In this document: piece after piece, positions 13,408 through 27,632 of the stretch | Layout: each line of letters begins with the position of its first letter | Numbering within the stretch: position 1 is the stretch's first letter | Notes under the pieces: model-generated | The model's input: the letters and a program-made list of their open reading frames with translations, nothing else | Databases searched by the model: none | What the model was told of the DNA's origin: nothing | Source: Mobula hypostoma | Lineage: Eukaryota | Assembly: GCF_963921235.1 (NCBI RefSeq) | Contig: NC_086108.1 | Span: forward strand, 32,862,001-32,926,000 | Direction of reading: 5' to 3' | DNA length: 64,000 bases | Made by a program: the position numbers and the translations under genes

Positions 13408-14156
13408 CTAAACAAGGAAACAAACTATTGTTACTATTACATGCAGGAATACCACGAAGTGTGCAAATAAAGCATTTCTAAAGCAACAAAACATCTTGAA
13501 CTAGTGAATCGATTTGAGACAGAAGCAGATTAGGGCAACTGACCAAGATTTGGTTGAAAAAGTATGTTTTGATGAGCATCATAAAAGATGAAAGGCAGAG
13601 AGATGAAGTTTTAGAGAGGATATTACAGAACGTGGGTCCAAGGGAGTAGAAAGGCTGAACATTACTATTGAAATAATTAGGACTGGGCAAAGAGTCTAAT
13701 GAAGCACTGCAGAGAATAGGTTTCAAAAACTGCAAGAAATACTGTGGTGCTAGGAAGTTTGTGAATCCTGCAGAATTTTCTCTATTTCTGCATAAACATG
13801 ACCTAAAATGTGATCAGACTTCACAGAAGTCCTAAAACTAAATAAAGAGAATCCAATTAAATAAATAACACAAAAAACATTATACTTGTTAGTTATTGAG
13901 AAAAATAATCCAATATTACATGTATTTACCATATAACCATATAACAATTACAGCATGGAAACAGGCTATCTCAGCCCTTCTAGTCCATGCCGAACTCTTA
14001 CTCTCACCTAGTCCCACCGACCTACACTTAGCCCATAACCCTTCATTCCTTTCCTGTCCATATAGCTGTCCAATTTAACTTTAAACGACAACATCAAACC
14101 TGCCTCAACCACTTCTGCTGGAAGCTCGTTCCACACAGCTACCACTCTCTGAGTAA

Positions 14157-14260
14157 CACACATCAAAGTTGCTGGTGAATGCAGCAGGCCAGGCAGCATC
14201 TGTAGGAAGAGGTGCAGTCGACGTTTCAGGCCGAGACCCTTCGTCAGGACTAACTGACTT
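14157..14260 (-). mobile_element. Penelope-derived short element with 12-bp TSD CTCTCTGAGTAA
   Basis: TSD at 14145-14156 and 14261-14272. The empty site is visible in the related CR1 copy at ~24611. Confidence 0.9.
14215..14252 (-). ncRNA. Minimal type I hammerhead ribozyme motif (Penelope-associated)
   Basis: Minus strand: UAGUC CUGACGA AGG-GUCUCGG-CCU GAA ACGU C^GACUG. Stem I is UAGUC/GACUG, the core is intact, and stem III is reduced to the palindrome ACGU. Confidence 0.75.
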
Positions 14261-17200
14261 CTCTCTGAGTAAAGAAGTTCCCCCTCATGTTACCTCTAAA
14301 CTTTTGCCCTTTAACTCTCAACTCATGTCCTCTTGTTTGAATCTCCCCCACTCTCAATGGAAAAAGCCTATCCATGTCAACTCTATATACCCCCTAATTT
14401 TAAATACCTCTACCAAGTCCCCCCTCAACCTTCTACGTTCCAAAGAATAAAGGCCCAACTTGTTCAACCTTTCTCTGTAACTTAGGTGATGAAACCCAGG
14501 TAACATTCTAGTAAATCTTCTCTGTACTCTCTCTATTTTGTTGACATCTTTCCTATAATTCGGTGACCAAACTATACACAGTAATGTGAACCTTCTACAA
14601 AAGCTATTTGCAGTCAGGTGTTCCAATCAACGAGATGAGATCTGAGGTGTGGGTTGTAGAGGTGCCCTGTCCTATAGAAAAAAAGACTCCAAGTCAGGTT
14701 ACTGACAGAGGCTGTTCTTCTCAAGAAAAATCTGTTTATGTGCCTCAAACAAAAAAACTTTCAGAAGACCTTAGAAGAAGAATTGTAGAGATGCATGAAG
14801 CTGGAAAAGGCTACAAAAGCATTTCTAAAGACCTGAGTGTTCATCAATCCACAGCAAAAGAAATTGTCTACAAATGGAGGAAGCTCAGTACTGTTGCTAC
14901 TCTCCCTATGAGTGGGCATCCTGGAAAGGTCACACCAAGAGCACAACGTGCAATGCTGAAGGAGGTGAAAAAGAACCCAAGGGTAACAGCAAAAGACCTG
15001 GCAGAAATCTCTAGAACTTGCTAAAGTCTCTGTTTTTTGTGTGCTCACTATATATAAAAAAACACCAAACAAGAATGGTGTTCATGAAAGGACATCACGG
15101 AGGAAACCACTGCTCTCCAAAAATAAAACATGGCTGCGTGTCTCGAGTTTGCAAAAGACCACCTGGATATTGTACAACGCTTCTGGGACAATGTTCTGTG
15201 AACAGATGAGACACAAGGTGAACTTTTTGGCAGAAATGCACATTGCTTTGTTTGGAGGAAAAAGGGCACTGCACACCAACACCTCATCCCAACTGTGAAG
15301 CACGGTGAAAGGAGCATCATGGTTTGGAGCCGCTTATGCTGCTTCAGGGCCTGGGCAGCTTGCAATCGCTGAGGGAACAATGAATTCAAAATTGTATTAG
15401 GACATTTTACAGGAGAATGTCAGGGTAGCAGTCCGTCACCTGAAGCTTAATAGATGTTGGATAATGCAACAAGTCAATGATCATCAGAAAGACAAGAGTA
15501 AATTAACAACAGAATGGCTTAAAAAGAAGAAAATTTGTGTTTTGAAATGGCCGAGTCAAAGTGCTGATGTTAATCCTGTAAAAATGTTGTGGAAGGACCT
15601 GAAGCAAGCAGTTCATGCAAGGAAGCCCAGCAATATCCCAGAGTTGAAGCAGTTTTCTAAGGAGGAATGGCTTAAAATTCCTCCAAGCTGATTTACAGGA
15701 CCGATCAACAGTTATACATGTATCACTGGATCATTTTTCTCAATAAATAAATGAACAAGTATTATGTTTTTGTGTTATTTATTTAACTGGGTTCTCTATC
15801 TAATTTTAGGACTCGTGAAGATCTGATCACATTTTAGGTCCCATTTATGCAGAAAATTCTACAGGGTTGATAAACTTTCTAGCACCATTGTAGCTGAAGA
15901 TAAGTGTTGACATGGTCAGTAGGAAAGCTATGAAGAATCTTGCAAATGAAGAATGAGCATTGTAACATTGAAAATTGCAGGAGTAGAAACCACTGAAGAC
16001 CAGTAACCACAGGCATTGCCGGCAGAAACTTGGACAAGCATAATTATATGGGGAAAAGAAATGAGATGCCAAAAGTTGATTGGAACACCTAAGCCTGGAG
16101 GCAAAATAGGGATGCAGGTTTCAGCAGACGATAAACTGAGGAAGGGTGACGGTAAGGAAGTGTGATATGAGGCCCTGGAATGGTCCACAGGAGTGCTGAT
16201 GAGCCAGAATTGGAAGTACCAGCATGAATGATGTTTTGTCTTCTAATGATTTTTCTGAAGAGCAGCATCTACTATATAAATTATAAATATGAAGGGAACA
16301 AAAGAAAGATCTTTAGTGGACTGAAAAGGGAAAAAAAAACACAGGAAGCTAAACAATAAGTATGCCCGTCTACACTATAATACAAGAATTGCACCAAGCA
16401 AAAGGAAGTGTATAACAAAAGAGGAAAGTTGAACAAGGATGAAATGGTTAAATATATCACAGTTCCTCAGGATGGACTGATTACCATAGCCAAAGTTGCA
16501 AACAGCAACTTTTGTGATTTTAAAGAGGTGGTTTTTGGATAGGCTCAGTAATATGACTGGAAGGATTTAGGAAGCAACATCCTTATTCAGGTAATTTTCA
16601 TTGAAAGAGAAGGGGACTATGAGAGAGGCAATAACTTACAAGGGCAGTGAAGACTGCATACTTTTATTGTGAAAGGAGAATTAATTGTAGAAAATTTGAA
16701 ATCTGATTGGTGGGTATGGGGAGGGCATACAGAATGGAAGGCAGTATCTAAGAAAGCATACCATTTAACAATATCAGTAATGTTAGACACAAGAGGAGAA
16801 GTTGGGGTCAACTGTGCATCAGAATAGAATTAAGTAGAAAAGAAAGGGAACGATTTGAGTTTGGGGAGAATGTGCTTGGCAGGGTAGGTAAATGCAAGAG
16901 CGATAAATGCAATCTTAGTTCTAGGGCAGCAGAGAAAATTTGGAGAGGTTTGAGCCATTAGGTAAAGCGAAAGGAGGGAAATAGCAACTGGCATCTCAAC
17001 AGAGTAACCCAATGAAAAACTACTGCCTCTTTATATCTATTGGAGAATGGAGAGGATAGTTTGCTAGTATGTGACAGAAAAAATTGTGTTTTATCATTGC
17101 ATTTCCAGTAATTCTGATTAATTATCAATAATTGAAATAATAATCCTTAATGCATTGCAGTCAAATTTGCTAATGTTTGATGAGACTAACATTCTGCCAA

Positions 17201-17994
17201 TGATGTACAAGCCCACTTGAACTCTTAAGAGCTGATAAGAGTCTAATACAGAGGATGATGAAGATGAACATCATTCAGATGGCATCAAAAGTATTAGAGG
17301 GGCAATGATTCAGCAAATCAATGTCTGCATGATGGATAATGGGCTAGACATAGAAATAGTCAGGAACTCAATAAAATCAGTGGTGAGATAATCAAAATAA
17401 TCGAGATTTTCCAGAGTGAATATGTGGTATTTGGAGGATTAAGGGATGTGAGGAAGAAGGACAAGAAACCATTTCCCTTTTTGGTATCAGATACATTAAG
17501 AGGAAAATGAGAAATAGAAGTACAAATCTCAAGTCTTGAGCAGCAGCTAAAATACAGGGAAGGCTAAATTATACAGCTGTGCTTAGATGCTAGCTATAAT
17601 TAAACCACATCTTTAGGTACTTAGGAAAGGAAAAATAGATTTAAAAATCATAACTCTATAGGTGGATGTAGACTGTTGATTCCAACAAATTAAGGTCAAG
17701 GTGCTGAGATAATTGAAAGCTGCTAATCAAAAGGTTACAATAATAAAACCAAGCTGGTGCAACTTAAAAAGTCAAGTTGTTCAAGTAGTACAAATGTGAT
17801 AGTTTCCTATTGATTTATAATCATTTAATATTCATGAATCCAGATTAGATCACACAAATTATTGATAGAAATTTCCCAATAAATCAAATGTTACTAGTGC
17901 AATGATGGTAAATTACATCAGCTAGAGTGGTAAGTTAGCGAGTCACACTCCCATTGTGAAACAAGGCATTCAAAAGCAGAGCTGGCCAGAGTAA

Positions 17995-19790
17995 GACACA
18001 AGAAATAGGAGCAGGAGTCGGCTATCTCTCCCATCGAGCCTGCTCTGCCATTCAATAGATCATGGCTGATCTGGCCATGGACTTATCTCCACCTACCTGC
18101 CTTTTCTCCATAACCCTTAATTCCCCTACTATGCAAAACTCTATCCAACCTAGTCTTAAATATATTTACTGAGGTAACCTCCACTGGTTCATTGGGCAGA
18201 GAATTCCACAGATTCACCACTCTCTGGGCAAAGTAGTTCCTCCTCATCTCCGTTCTAAATCTACTCCCCTGAATCATGAGGCTATGTCCCTAGTTCTAGT
18301 CTCACCTACTAGTGGAAACAACTTTTCTATCTTATCTATCCCTTTCATAATGTTATGTTTCTGTAAGACCTCTTCTCATTCTTCTGAATTCCAGCTAGTA
18401 CAGTCCCAGTTGACTCAATCTCTCCTCATAGTATAACCCCGTCAACTCCGAATCAACCTAGTGAACCTGCTCTGCACTGCCTCCAAAGCCAGTATATTCT
18501 TCCTCAAGTAAGGAAACTAGAACTGCACGCAGTACTCAAGGTGCGGCTACAGTTGCAGCATAACCTCCCTGCTCTTAAGTTCAATCCCTCTAGCAACAAC
18601 GGCCGACATTCCATTTGCCTTGACAGCCTGCTGCACCTGCAAACCAACTTTTGTGATTTGTGCACGAGCACTCCCAAGTCCCTCTGCACAGCAGCATGCT
18701 GCAATTTTTTTTTACCATTTAAGTAATAATCTGCTCTTTTATTTTTCCTTCCAAGTGGATGACCTCACATTTGCCAACATTGTACTCCATCCGCCAGACC
18801 CTTGCCCACTCACTTAACCATCTATATCTCTCTGCAGACTCTCCGTATCTTCTGCACAATTTGCTTTTCCACTCAATTTAGTACCATCAGCAAACTTAGA
18901 TACACTACGCTTAGTCCCCTGTTCCAGATCATTAATGGATATTGTAAACAGTTGCGGGCCCAGCACTGACCCCTGTGGCACACTGCTCACCACTGAGTGC
19001 CAACCAGAGTAACACCCATGTATCCCAACTCTCTGCTTTCTATTAGTTAACCAATCCTCTATCCATGCCATTACATCACCCTCAAATCTATGCATCCTTA
19101 TCTTGTGATAAGTCTTTTATGTGGCACCTTATCGAATGCCTTCTGGAAATCCAAGAAAATAATGTCCATCTATTGAGGTCCTCACCTTCCATCGCACTAT
19201 AACATCTCTCTTTAGCATGTTAGATGTGTCCTCCACCATGAAGACTAACACAAAATAGTCATTCAAAGCCTTGGCCATTTCCTTATTACCCAATATCAAT
19301 TCCCCCCTCTCGTCCCCCAAGGGACCTACATTCACTTTAGCCACTTTTTTCTGCATTATATAATAAAAACTTTTACTGTCCATTTTATATTTTGTGCTAA
19401 TTTATTTTCATAATCTAGCTTCCCTTTCTTTATTGCTTGCTTAGTGGTACTTAGTTGCTTTTTAAAGTTTACCCAATCTTCCAGTATCCCACTACTCTTG
19501 ATGACTTTGTACTCACGAGCTTTTAGTTTGAATTCTTTTATTTCCTTAGTTATCCGAGGCTGACACTCCCCTCCCTTACTGTCCTTGCTTTTAACTGGAA
19601 TATACTTTTGTTGAGCACAGTGAAAAATTCCTTTGCAAGTCTTCTACTGTTCCTCAACCGTCCCACCCTATAGCCTGTGTTTCCAGTCTATGCTGGCCAA
19701 ATCCTCCCTTATCCCATTGTAGTCTCCATTGTTTAGGCATAATACACTGGTTTCAGATTGAACTATTGCACCCTCTATTTGTCTGAATGG
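17995..19790 (-). mobile_element. CR1/HER1-type LINE fragment (RT to 3' end)
   Basis: WIEDWLTNRKQRV..SSVPQGSVLGPQLFTISINDL..SKFADGTKL. Confidence 0.9.
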
Positions 19791-22589
19791 ATCTGCAATT
19801 TAAGAGGGTAACCACTGTAACAAAAGAAGCTCACATTAGCAGATGACAATATTGATAACGAATAAAGCAAATGCAATTGATCAAGTAGCCAGATCTTCAC
19901 TGCAAGACCATCCAACACAACCCCGTGTTACTGTGAAATCCAATGGAGAGATATCACAACATGACATGGATCAGTATTAATATCATTTAACCGCCATTAT
20001 TTCTTTACTAACTGCTCAGTGAATTCCTAACCTCGAAATATAGTAAGAAAACTTGAATCATTTTACAAGCAATTTTGATTAGGATTTGATTCCATTTGTG
20101 AGAAAGGCCATTAGTAATTCAGTCACCACTTCACTTCCCTCTATAGATGGAGCTAGTCTCCTGCACTTTCTTAAGGAGATGCACGTGTGAAATTATTCCT
20201 CAAGCACAGACAACACCCTCCCCCCAACCCATTCTATGAATGTGCAGAACCAGAATTCTCAATCCCCATTCATTTTAAGTAAAACTATTTATTTTGGAAC
20301 CCATTCATAGCAGGAATGTCTTCTGCAAAGGCATGAAGGCTTAGTATATGGATAGGCAAGGAACTCTGGGAATCTATCAATATGAAGTCTTCACTCAGAG
20401 TGGTAAAGCCATAATTATTAGTACAAGCTGTACACAAAATTTGCTTTTAATAAATTTTTAAAATCATGTTTGGGATGAGTCTGTACCAACAAAAGCATTC
20501 TGAAAACATGAAAGTATAGACCAAATCATTTATGAAGTGTTGGTACAGTTGTAATATATTAAACTCATTTCATGCGTTAGGGTTACAAGCATGTAACTTC
20601 ACTTAGTTGGAGAGCTGCTCAAACCTACATCTCTCTTGTAAGACTGAAAAGGAATGTACGTCATATTTTACATACATACCAGCTGATTAGCTGCTGCAAT
20701 GCCCATCTTAAACTGGAGAAAACTATATGGAGCACAGAGTTAGTGTTAAATTAACATGATTATCATTTCTTATTCTTGCTTATTTTAATATGTAACTGCA
20801 TAGCAATGTTCTGTGATTAAAGAATCAGAACAATGAAGTAGCTGCTGGAGGTGATACAATTGACAAATTGGTTTATTATTAACATATGCACTGAAATACA
20901 GAGGAAATATTTGTCTTTTGCGTACCATCCATACAGATCAATTCATTACAATGGCACATTGAGGTATTACAAGGTAAAACAATAGCAGAACACAGAATTA
21001 AGTATTACAGTACAGAGAAAGTGCAACGCAGATAGACATTCAGGTGCAAGGTTACAATGAGGTGGATAAGGTCAAGAGTCAAACTTATTGTACTAAGGAA
21101 CCACTCAATAGTCTTATAACAGTGAGACAGAAGCTGTCCTTGAGCTCTATCTTCTGCCTGATGGGAAAAGGAAAAGAGAAAATGTCTGGGACAGTGTGAA
21201 GCAACTGTGCTTCTCCTAAATACATAATATTCAAGAATTCTGTCTTAGAATCTTATCAGGAAATGTAAAATAATGTACTTAATTTGATATTAGAAAACTT
21301 CCACAAAAAAGAAACAAAGCTGGGATGAGGAGAGAGAGACAGACCATCAGACAGAGGAAAATGACACAGAAAAATACTTACAGTCTCCATCAAAGTTAAA
21401 CATTTTAAGTCCAATATATTAATTGCTTGAATTCATTTCAGGAAAAAAAGTGTTCAGAAAAGCAGTCAATTCACGTTACCTTCTTCCAAACTAGAACCAG
21501 AAATCTACAAGGATTTGTCAATATGCCAACTTCTCTCATAATTAACATTCAAACGATCTGATCACATCGAGGTTTTGGAACCTGCATTCACTTTCTGTTA
21601 ATGAATGATGAAGCAACACACAAGTAATGAATTTGTGTCTATCTAATGAAGGGAAGCCAAATGCAAAATTATTTCATCTTGGGTCAGAACATCCACAGAA
21701 ATTCTGTTTACCACAAACTGGCCAAAGGTAGAGTATGAAGAGTCTGAATACCTGAAACTTGTCATTAAAGTACTGCTGACTTATTTTACTGGCATTCTTT
21801 CACTTCCCATCTGCCACAAGCAAAACAAACCTGTTTCTCTTCACTCAGCCTTTTTCGGGCGGTTAGTCAGGAAGAAACTCATTTTTATGGAAGGAAGATG
21901 CAAGAACAGGAACTGTCTTTGGGTAGGGAAAATCAGACTACAGAAATCAAACTAAAAGTGACTGTCCTGCATTTGTTTGGCCAAGAATGAATAAATATCA
22001 GCCTAGCCAACTTGCAAATTTTAAACACAAAATGCCTTGGGAACATGGATTCGAAACTGCCACATGGCTAATTTGTCTTTCCAATTAATACCACATTTAT
22101 TTTAATGCATAATAATTTTATAGGTAAAAACTAATTGAGAATAAAATGCTAGGAACAGCAAAGTATTTGTCACTTGTTTGAAATACTCATTGATCGGCAT
22201 TAGAATGAAATGCATGGTTATACTAACAATTTGGAGCTGAACTGCTGAGTCAATTACTTGTCTCAAAATGTATAGAAAAAATGTAACCGAAAGAAAAATC
22301 ACTGCAATGTGAGAAAAATATTGGTCTTGCACGTTCAAATGCTTTTAAGTACAACAGTGCTTGGTAAGTCTTACGAGCTAGTAAAGTATTCTACGTACAT
22401 TTTAGCATGCCTTTACTAACCAAGTTCCAATTTGTAACCTTCTAATCCTAGGATTTAATAGAAGGTATTGCTGTAACCTGAACTGATCCTTTAGGCAAAA
22501 CGGCTAGATAAAGTGGGTAGTAACTTATTCATGTAGCCAAATGACAACAATTTCCCAAAGCAGAATCTTGCTTCTCTCCTTGAAAACAT

Positions 22590-23465
22590 ATCTACTAAGT
22601 GGATGATACGAAGATAGGTAGAGGGTTAGGTAGTGCTGAGGAAGCAATGCAATTGCACGGAATACAGTGTTGGGAAATGTATGAAAATGTATTTTGGTAA
22701 AAGGAACAATAGTGTGGACTATTATCTAAACAGGGAGAAAATTCAAACAGCAGAGGTGCAAGGGAACTTAGGAGCCCTCGTGCAAAACTCCCAAAAAAGT
22801 TAATTCACAGGTAGTAAAGAAGGCAAATGCGATGTTGGCATTTATTTCAAGGGGAAGAGAATATAAAAGCAGGGAGATAATGCTGAGGCTTTATAAGACA
22901 CTAGTCAGGCTGCAATTGGAGTTTTGTCAACAGTTAAGGGCTCCTTATCTCAGAAAGGATGTATTGTCATTGGAGAGAGTCCGGAGGAGGTTCATGATGA
23001 TAATTCCAGGAATGAAAGGGTTAACATATGAAGACGTTTGGCAACCTTGGGCCTGTGCTCACTGGAATTTAGAAGAATGCGTGGGGATCTCAGTGAAACC
23101 TACCGAATGTTGAAGGACTAGATAGGGTGGATGTGGAGAGGATGTTTCCTTTGGTGGGGGTATCCAGAACTAGAGTGTACAGCCTCAAAATTGAGGGGTG
23201 ACCTTTTAGAACAGAAGGAAAGAGGAAGTTTTTAGCTGAAGTGTGGTGAATCTGTGGAATGCTCTGCCAGGGACTGCGGTGGAGGCCAAGTCCATGGGTA
23301 TATTTAAAGCAGAAGTTGATAGATTCCTGATTGGTCACGGCATCAAGGGATATGGTGAGGGGGTAGGTGTATGAGATTGAGTGGGATCCGGGATCAGCCA
23401 TGATGAAATTGTGGAATGGACTCGGGGGCTGAATGGCCTAATTCTGCTCCTGAATCTTATGGTCT
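22590..23465 (+). mobile_element. CR1-type LINE 3' fragment
   Basis: MLAFISRGREYKSREIMLRLYKTLVRLQLEFC, with a 3' tail ending CTTATGGTCT. Confidence 0.85.
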
Positions 23466-24477
23466 AAAATGTGAACAATAAACTAACATTCTCTTCTCCT
23501 TTCATAGGATATTAATAAACATTTTACTTTAATTTCAGACTAATAATAACTCAAAAAATTTAAAAATATCCAGATTCTGAAAGTCTGACTTTAAAGAAAA
23601 ACTGGGAATGCTCGGCAGGTCTGGCAGCATCTGTGGAAAAAGAAACTGAATTAATGCTTCAGATCAAACATTTTTCATCAGAACTCTTTCACAGTTTTAA
23701 AAACTAGAAAAAAAAAGTCTTCAATCTATAATTTGGTGGTTCCCATTATAAAAAAGTATTCTTTTATTGTTTCTTTTCATGCACCCCACCCAAGGACTAT
23801 GATGCTAATTTCTGCTCTGTTAGAGAGTATCAACTTTTCCCAAGTGAGATAAACGTATAACATCTGTTCTCAGAATTAATGGGGATCACGTTCTGGCCTC
23901 TAGAGGTGCAGTTCATTTTGTACAAACATCACTTTCTATAAGTAAGCTGCTTTTGTATTATTTCTTGCGTAGGTTAGACTTTATTCTATTTGAAGCACAA
24001 GGTGGAAGACACATCTCCACCTACTCTTTATCTCCTTTGAAACTGCAGTATCTGTGAGTCTTAGCTATTTGTTACTATTTATAAACACTTAGTAGATATA
24101 TTTTGAAAAAAGTATGTTTATCGTTGTGCCATGAGTTTACTCTTGTTCACACTGCATAGTTATGGAGTGTTGTGTATGTGTATTATCTTCGTTAACACTG
24201 GATGTGAGAATATTCAACAGTATTAGAATATTCAGGCACTTGATGGTTCTGTATTGAATTTAATACATATTTTACTTAACTTTGCAGTTTCACAGAAAAG
24301 AGATCTCATTAAAAACACTAAGGAAAGCTTCCACCTCAGGCGATTTTTGAAAAGTTGCTTAGCTCACTGTGTACATATGCACAGTGAAAGCAAGAGAGTG
24401 AAAAGAAAGCTCATCTTCAAAAGCATCGTCCATAGACTGGAGAAGTGTCTAAAAGCTGTAGATGATAATTTCAGCTT

Positions 24478-24797
24478 CCAACCCGAGCAACATCAATTGG
24501 TCCATAACCCTCCATTCCCTTCCTGTCCATATATCTATCCAATTTAACTTTAAACAACATCGAACCAGTCTCAATCACTTCTGCTGGAAGCTCGTTCCAC
24601 ACAGCCACCACTCTCTGAGTAAAAAAGTTCCCTCTCACGTTACCCCTAAACTTTTGCCCTTTAACTCTCAACTTGTTTGAACCTCCCCCACTCTCAATGG
24701 AAACTCTATCAATCCCCCTCATAATTTTAAACACCTCTATCAAGTCCCCTCTCAACCTTCTACGCTCCAAAGAATAAAGACCTAACTTGTTCAACCT
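24478..24797 (-). mobile_element. CR1 3' fragment nested in BEL
   Basis: RLNKLGLYSLERRRLRGDLIEVFKIMRG; similar to 13929-14580. Confidence 0.85.
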
Positions 24798-26847
24798 TAT
24801 GCTCAGCGTGAAGTTGAGATGCAAATAGAGAAGGTACGTATAGATATGGAGAAGGCACATATAGACATGGAGAGAGCATTAAGTGTGCTCAAGGAAGACC
24901 ATGAAGCCAAGGCTTCCTCAGCAGAGGCAAAAATGAGTGAAGCAGCAACTGACTTAGATAATTGTGAATCTATAACTGAAACTACTCATATTGCCATCAC
25001 AAAAGCCAATGCATCTTACTAAAGAATGTGTCCAACTAGAAAAAAAGTGCTCCAGCTCTACAAGAAGCAGCTGTCCTCACCACTCAACCAGCCTGTCTTT
25101 CACTGTCCAAGTACTGACAGTCAAGGTCTACAGCAGCAAAGATCCACAACACCCCCTTCCTTCGTTCAACCACAGCAAACACCTTTGTCAAAAAGTTGCT
25201 ACTGATGCCAAACTCATCTGCACGGACATGGGCAGACTAAACTCCCACCTATTCCAGGAAACACATTTTGTGCACCAGTCTCCACAATGTTCTCATTCAG
25301 GAGCTGCAGGTGCATTAGATTTGGCTTGGTATCTGGCTGGTCGAGACCTAGTCACAGCTGTACTGAAAGTGTTCAACATCCAGTCTGCCAGTTACCTGTA
25401 GTGAAAATCAAGATATTGCAATGCCATGGAAGGACTAGGTCTCAAACCTAGTGAAGAGTTAGGCCAATGGTTCCCAAAGTAGCAATATTGAACACCCCTC
25501 CCTCCCCCCCCCCTCCCGGGATTAGTGGGGCTTTCTAAAGGAGTGATAAAGGAGACAGTCAGGGGCACTCAGTAGTAAGGGAGAGCAGCTGAGGGAGAGG
25601 GATTATAATTTAAGAAATGAATTATTTATTATACACATTTGATCCTCAGTGCCTCATAATTGATTACAATGATCACGTAACCACCTCATCTCTTGCTAAC
25701 TCATTGTTCTCTTAGAGCAATACTTGGGCATGCACTGTGATCCCAGAAGCAATTTCTGTCTGCACACTGAGAAATGACCCGGGACCTTTGCAGGCTGGAA
25801 AAGAAAAGAGAGCACTCTAGTTGTTGCTGCTGTCCTCGGGCTGGCAAGGAATTAAAGGACATCCTCTTGGTTCAGCGCTACTTTAAAGTGCATTAAGTTC
25901 TTTAAGCATTTAATTAGGTTGCCCCTTTAAAGCTTTTGCTTTAAATCCGATAATGAATCTGTTGCCAATAGTGTTTTGCGACAAACGTGGTGAGAACTCC
26001 AGTGTTAAATGGAGAAGCAATTGTTATTGCAAGGAATATGTAATGCTGTAGAATAACCTAAGGCTGTGGAAGCTCCTTTACAAATTCAAATCTGTCCTCT
26101 TACAATGCCTGACAGCTAAGACTTAAGACTTTGCTCGAAGCACTTAATAATTGTTGAAAAGCTATATGACACTTCTGTACTTAGCATATCATGAGAAATC
26201 TGGATTGAAAAAAATCATGTTATTTCTGGGCCTGTCCTGCACATTATTGTCATTCACTACTGTAGTACAGTGTTAGAAACATTCTGAAACTGAAAACAAG
26301 TTTGCCAACACTTCACAATAAAACATGCGTGTTTCATACAACATTTCATTGCTCATTGCTAAAACTGGAAAGCCCCATATAATTTGGAGGAAAACTGATT
26401 CTAACAGCAGAAATGGAGGTTCTGAGTGCAGTTTTGCACATCACCAGACCAAATACTTAAAACGATTCCGCTCAGTGACAACTCTATTCAAAGATGAATA
26501 CATGAAATGTCTGAGAATGTGGAAGACACATTGTGCGACATATTTAGGACACAAGAATTTGCTCTGCAGTTGGATGAGTCAGCAGTGCCAGGCAACAAAC
26601 CTTTGCTTCTTGGTTATGGCCCCTTCCATAAAAGAAAGAAGCATGGTTCAAGAGTTGTTGTAAGGGGACCAAAAGCATATTATGAAGGGGGGAGTCAATA
26701 TTTCGGGTTGTGGAGCAATATTTCAAAGGCAAGGACATTCAGGTCACCAGCATTCTTGCTTGTGCAACAGCTGGGGCACCATCAATGACAGGACGTCACA
26801 GTGGGGTTATTAATTTCTTGAAAAGAACAACTGTACCTAACATACAT

Positions 26848-26940
26848 AACCCTTCGTCTCGGCCTGAAACGTCGACTGCGCCTCTTCCTATAGATGCTGC
26901 TTGGCCTGCTGCGTTCACCAGCAACTTTGATGTGTGTTGT
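26848..26940 (+). mobile_element. Penelope-derived short element (partial hammerhead motif)
   Basis: GTCTCGGCCTGAAACGTCGACTGCGCC...; near-identical to 61268-61352. Confidence 0.8.
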
Positions 26941-27014
26941 TTAATGAAACAATCTTCAATTGCGAGATTATATGAATCTTATGAAGATCTAATCAGTTGC
27001 CTCTACATATCTGT

Positions 27015-27632
27015 CCAAGGCGGGTGGAGAGAGAGCAGCGCACCGTGTGTGCGCGCAGCCCTCTGGTGAAAAATGATATCGTATCCATTAAATAGGGGCC
27101 GTGGACAATTCTGATTTGATGGAGAATGGTCGTGAAAGCACAGAGGAACATCTGGAGAAATTTCTGAAACGCTCATTCGCTGCTGTCTTTACTGCGTGGT
27201 CAGGGATCTTTCGGAGGGTAGGCCTCAAAATCCCCGGCTTTGCCTGCTGTTGGCGACCGAGGTTGAGGTCGAATCGTTCGGACAGAGATGGCGCTCAGTA
27301 CTTGGTGTCGGAGAGTTGATCAGAGCTCAAAGTTTTCGGATGACTCAGAGTCGGACTGTGGTCGGCATGGCAGGGACAGTTCTTCCTTCTCCCGTCTGCG
27401 TGAGATGTGGGACATTTGAGACTTTGAACTTTTACTGTGCTCATGGACTTCATTAAGTTATGGTATTGTTGCACTGTTGTAACTATATGTTATAATTATG
27501 TGGTTTTGTCATTTTTTTCAGTCTTGGTCTGTCCTGTGTTTTGTGATATCACACCAGAGGAAATATTGTATCATTTCTTAATGCATGCATTACTAAATGA
27601 CAATAAAGAGGACTATGTGTCTTCATAATCTA
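27015..27632 (+). mobile_element. CpG-rich non-autonomous retroelement-like insertion
   Basis: Interrupts the hAT remnant. CpG-rich 5' part and a T-rich 3' part ending AATAAA...CATAATCTAA. Family unassigned. Confidence 0.45.

Larger units (their letters stand above)
13929..14580 (-). mobile_element. CR1/HER1-type LINE 3' fragment
   Basis: WSPNYRKDVNKIERVQRRFTRMLPG..SYRERLNKLGLYSLERRRLRGDL, with a repeated ACCATATA tail. Confidence 0.9.
13742..15890 (+). mobile_element. Tc1-like DNA transposon with ~200-bp inverted repeats and defective transposase; carries a nested CR1
   Basis: TA|CTGTGGTGCTAGGAAGTTT...AAACTTTCTAGCACCATTG|TA. Transposase pieces LSEDLRRRIVEMHEAGKGYKSISK and WPSQSADVNPVKMLW, with frameshifts. 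Confidence 0.9.

Noticed and set aside
23895..23911. CTCF-like motif at the start of the BEL LTRs
   Set aside because: Only a partial match, and it differs between the two LTRs.
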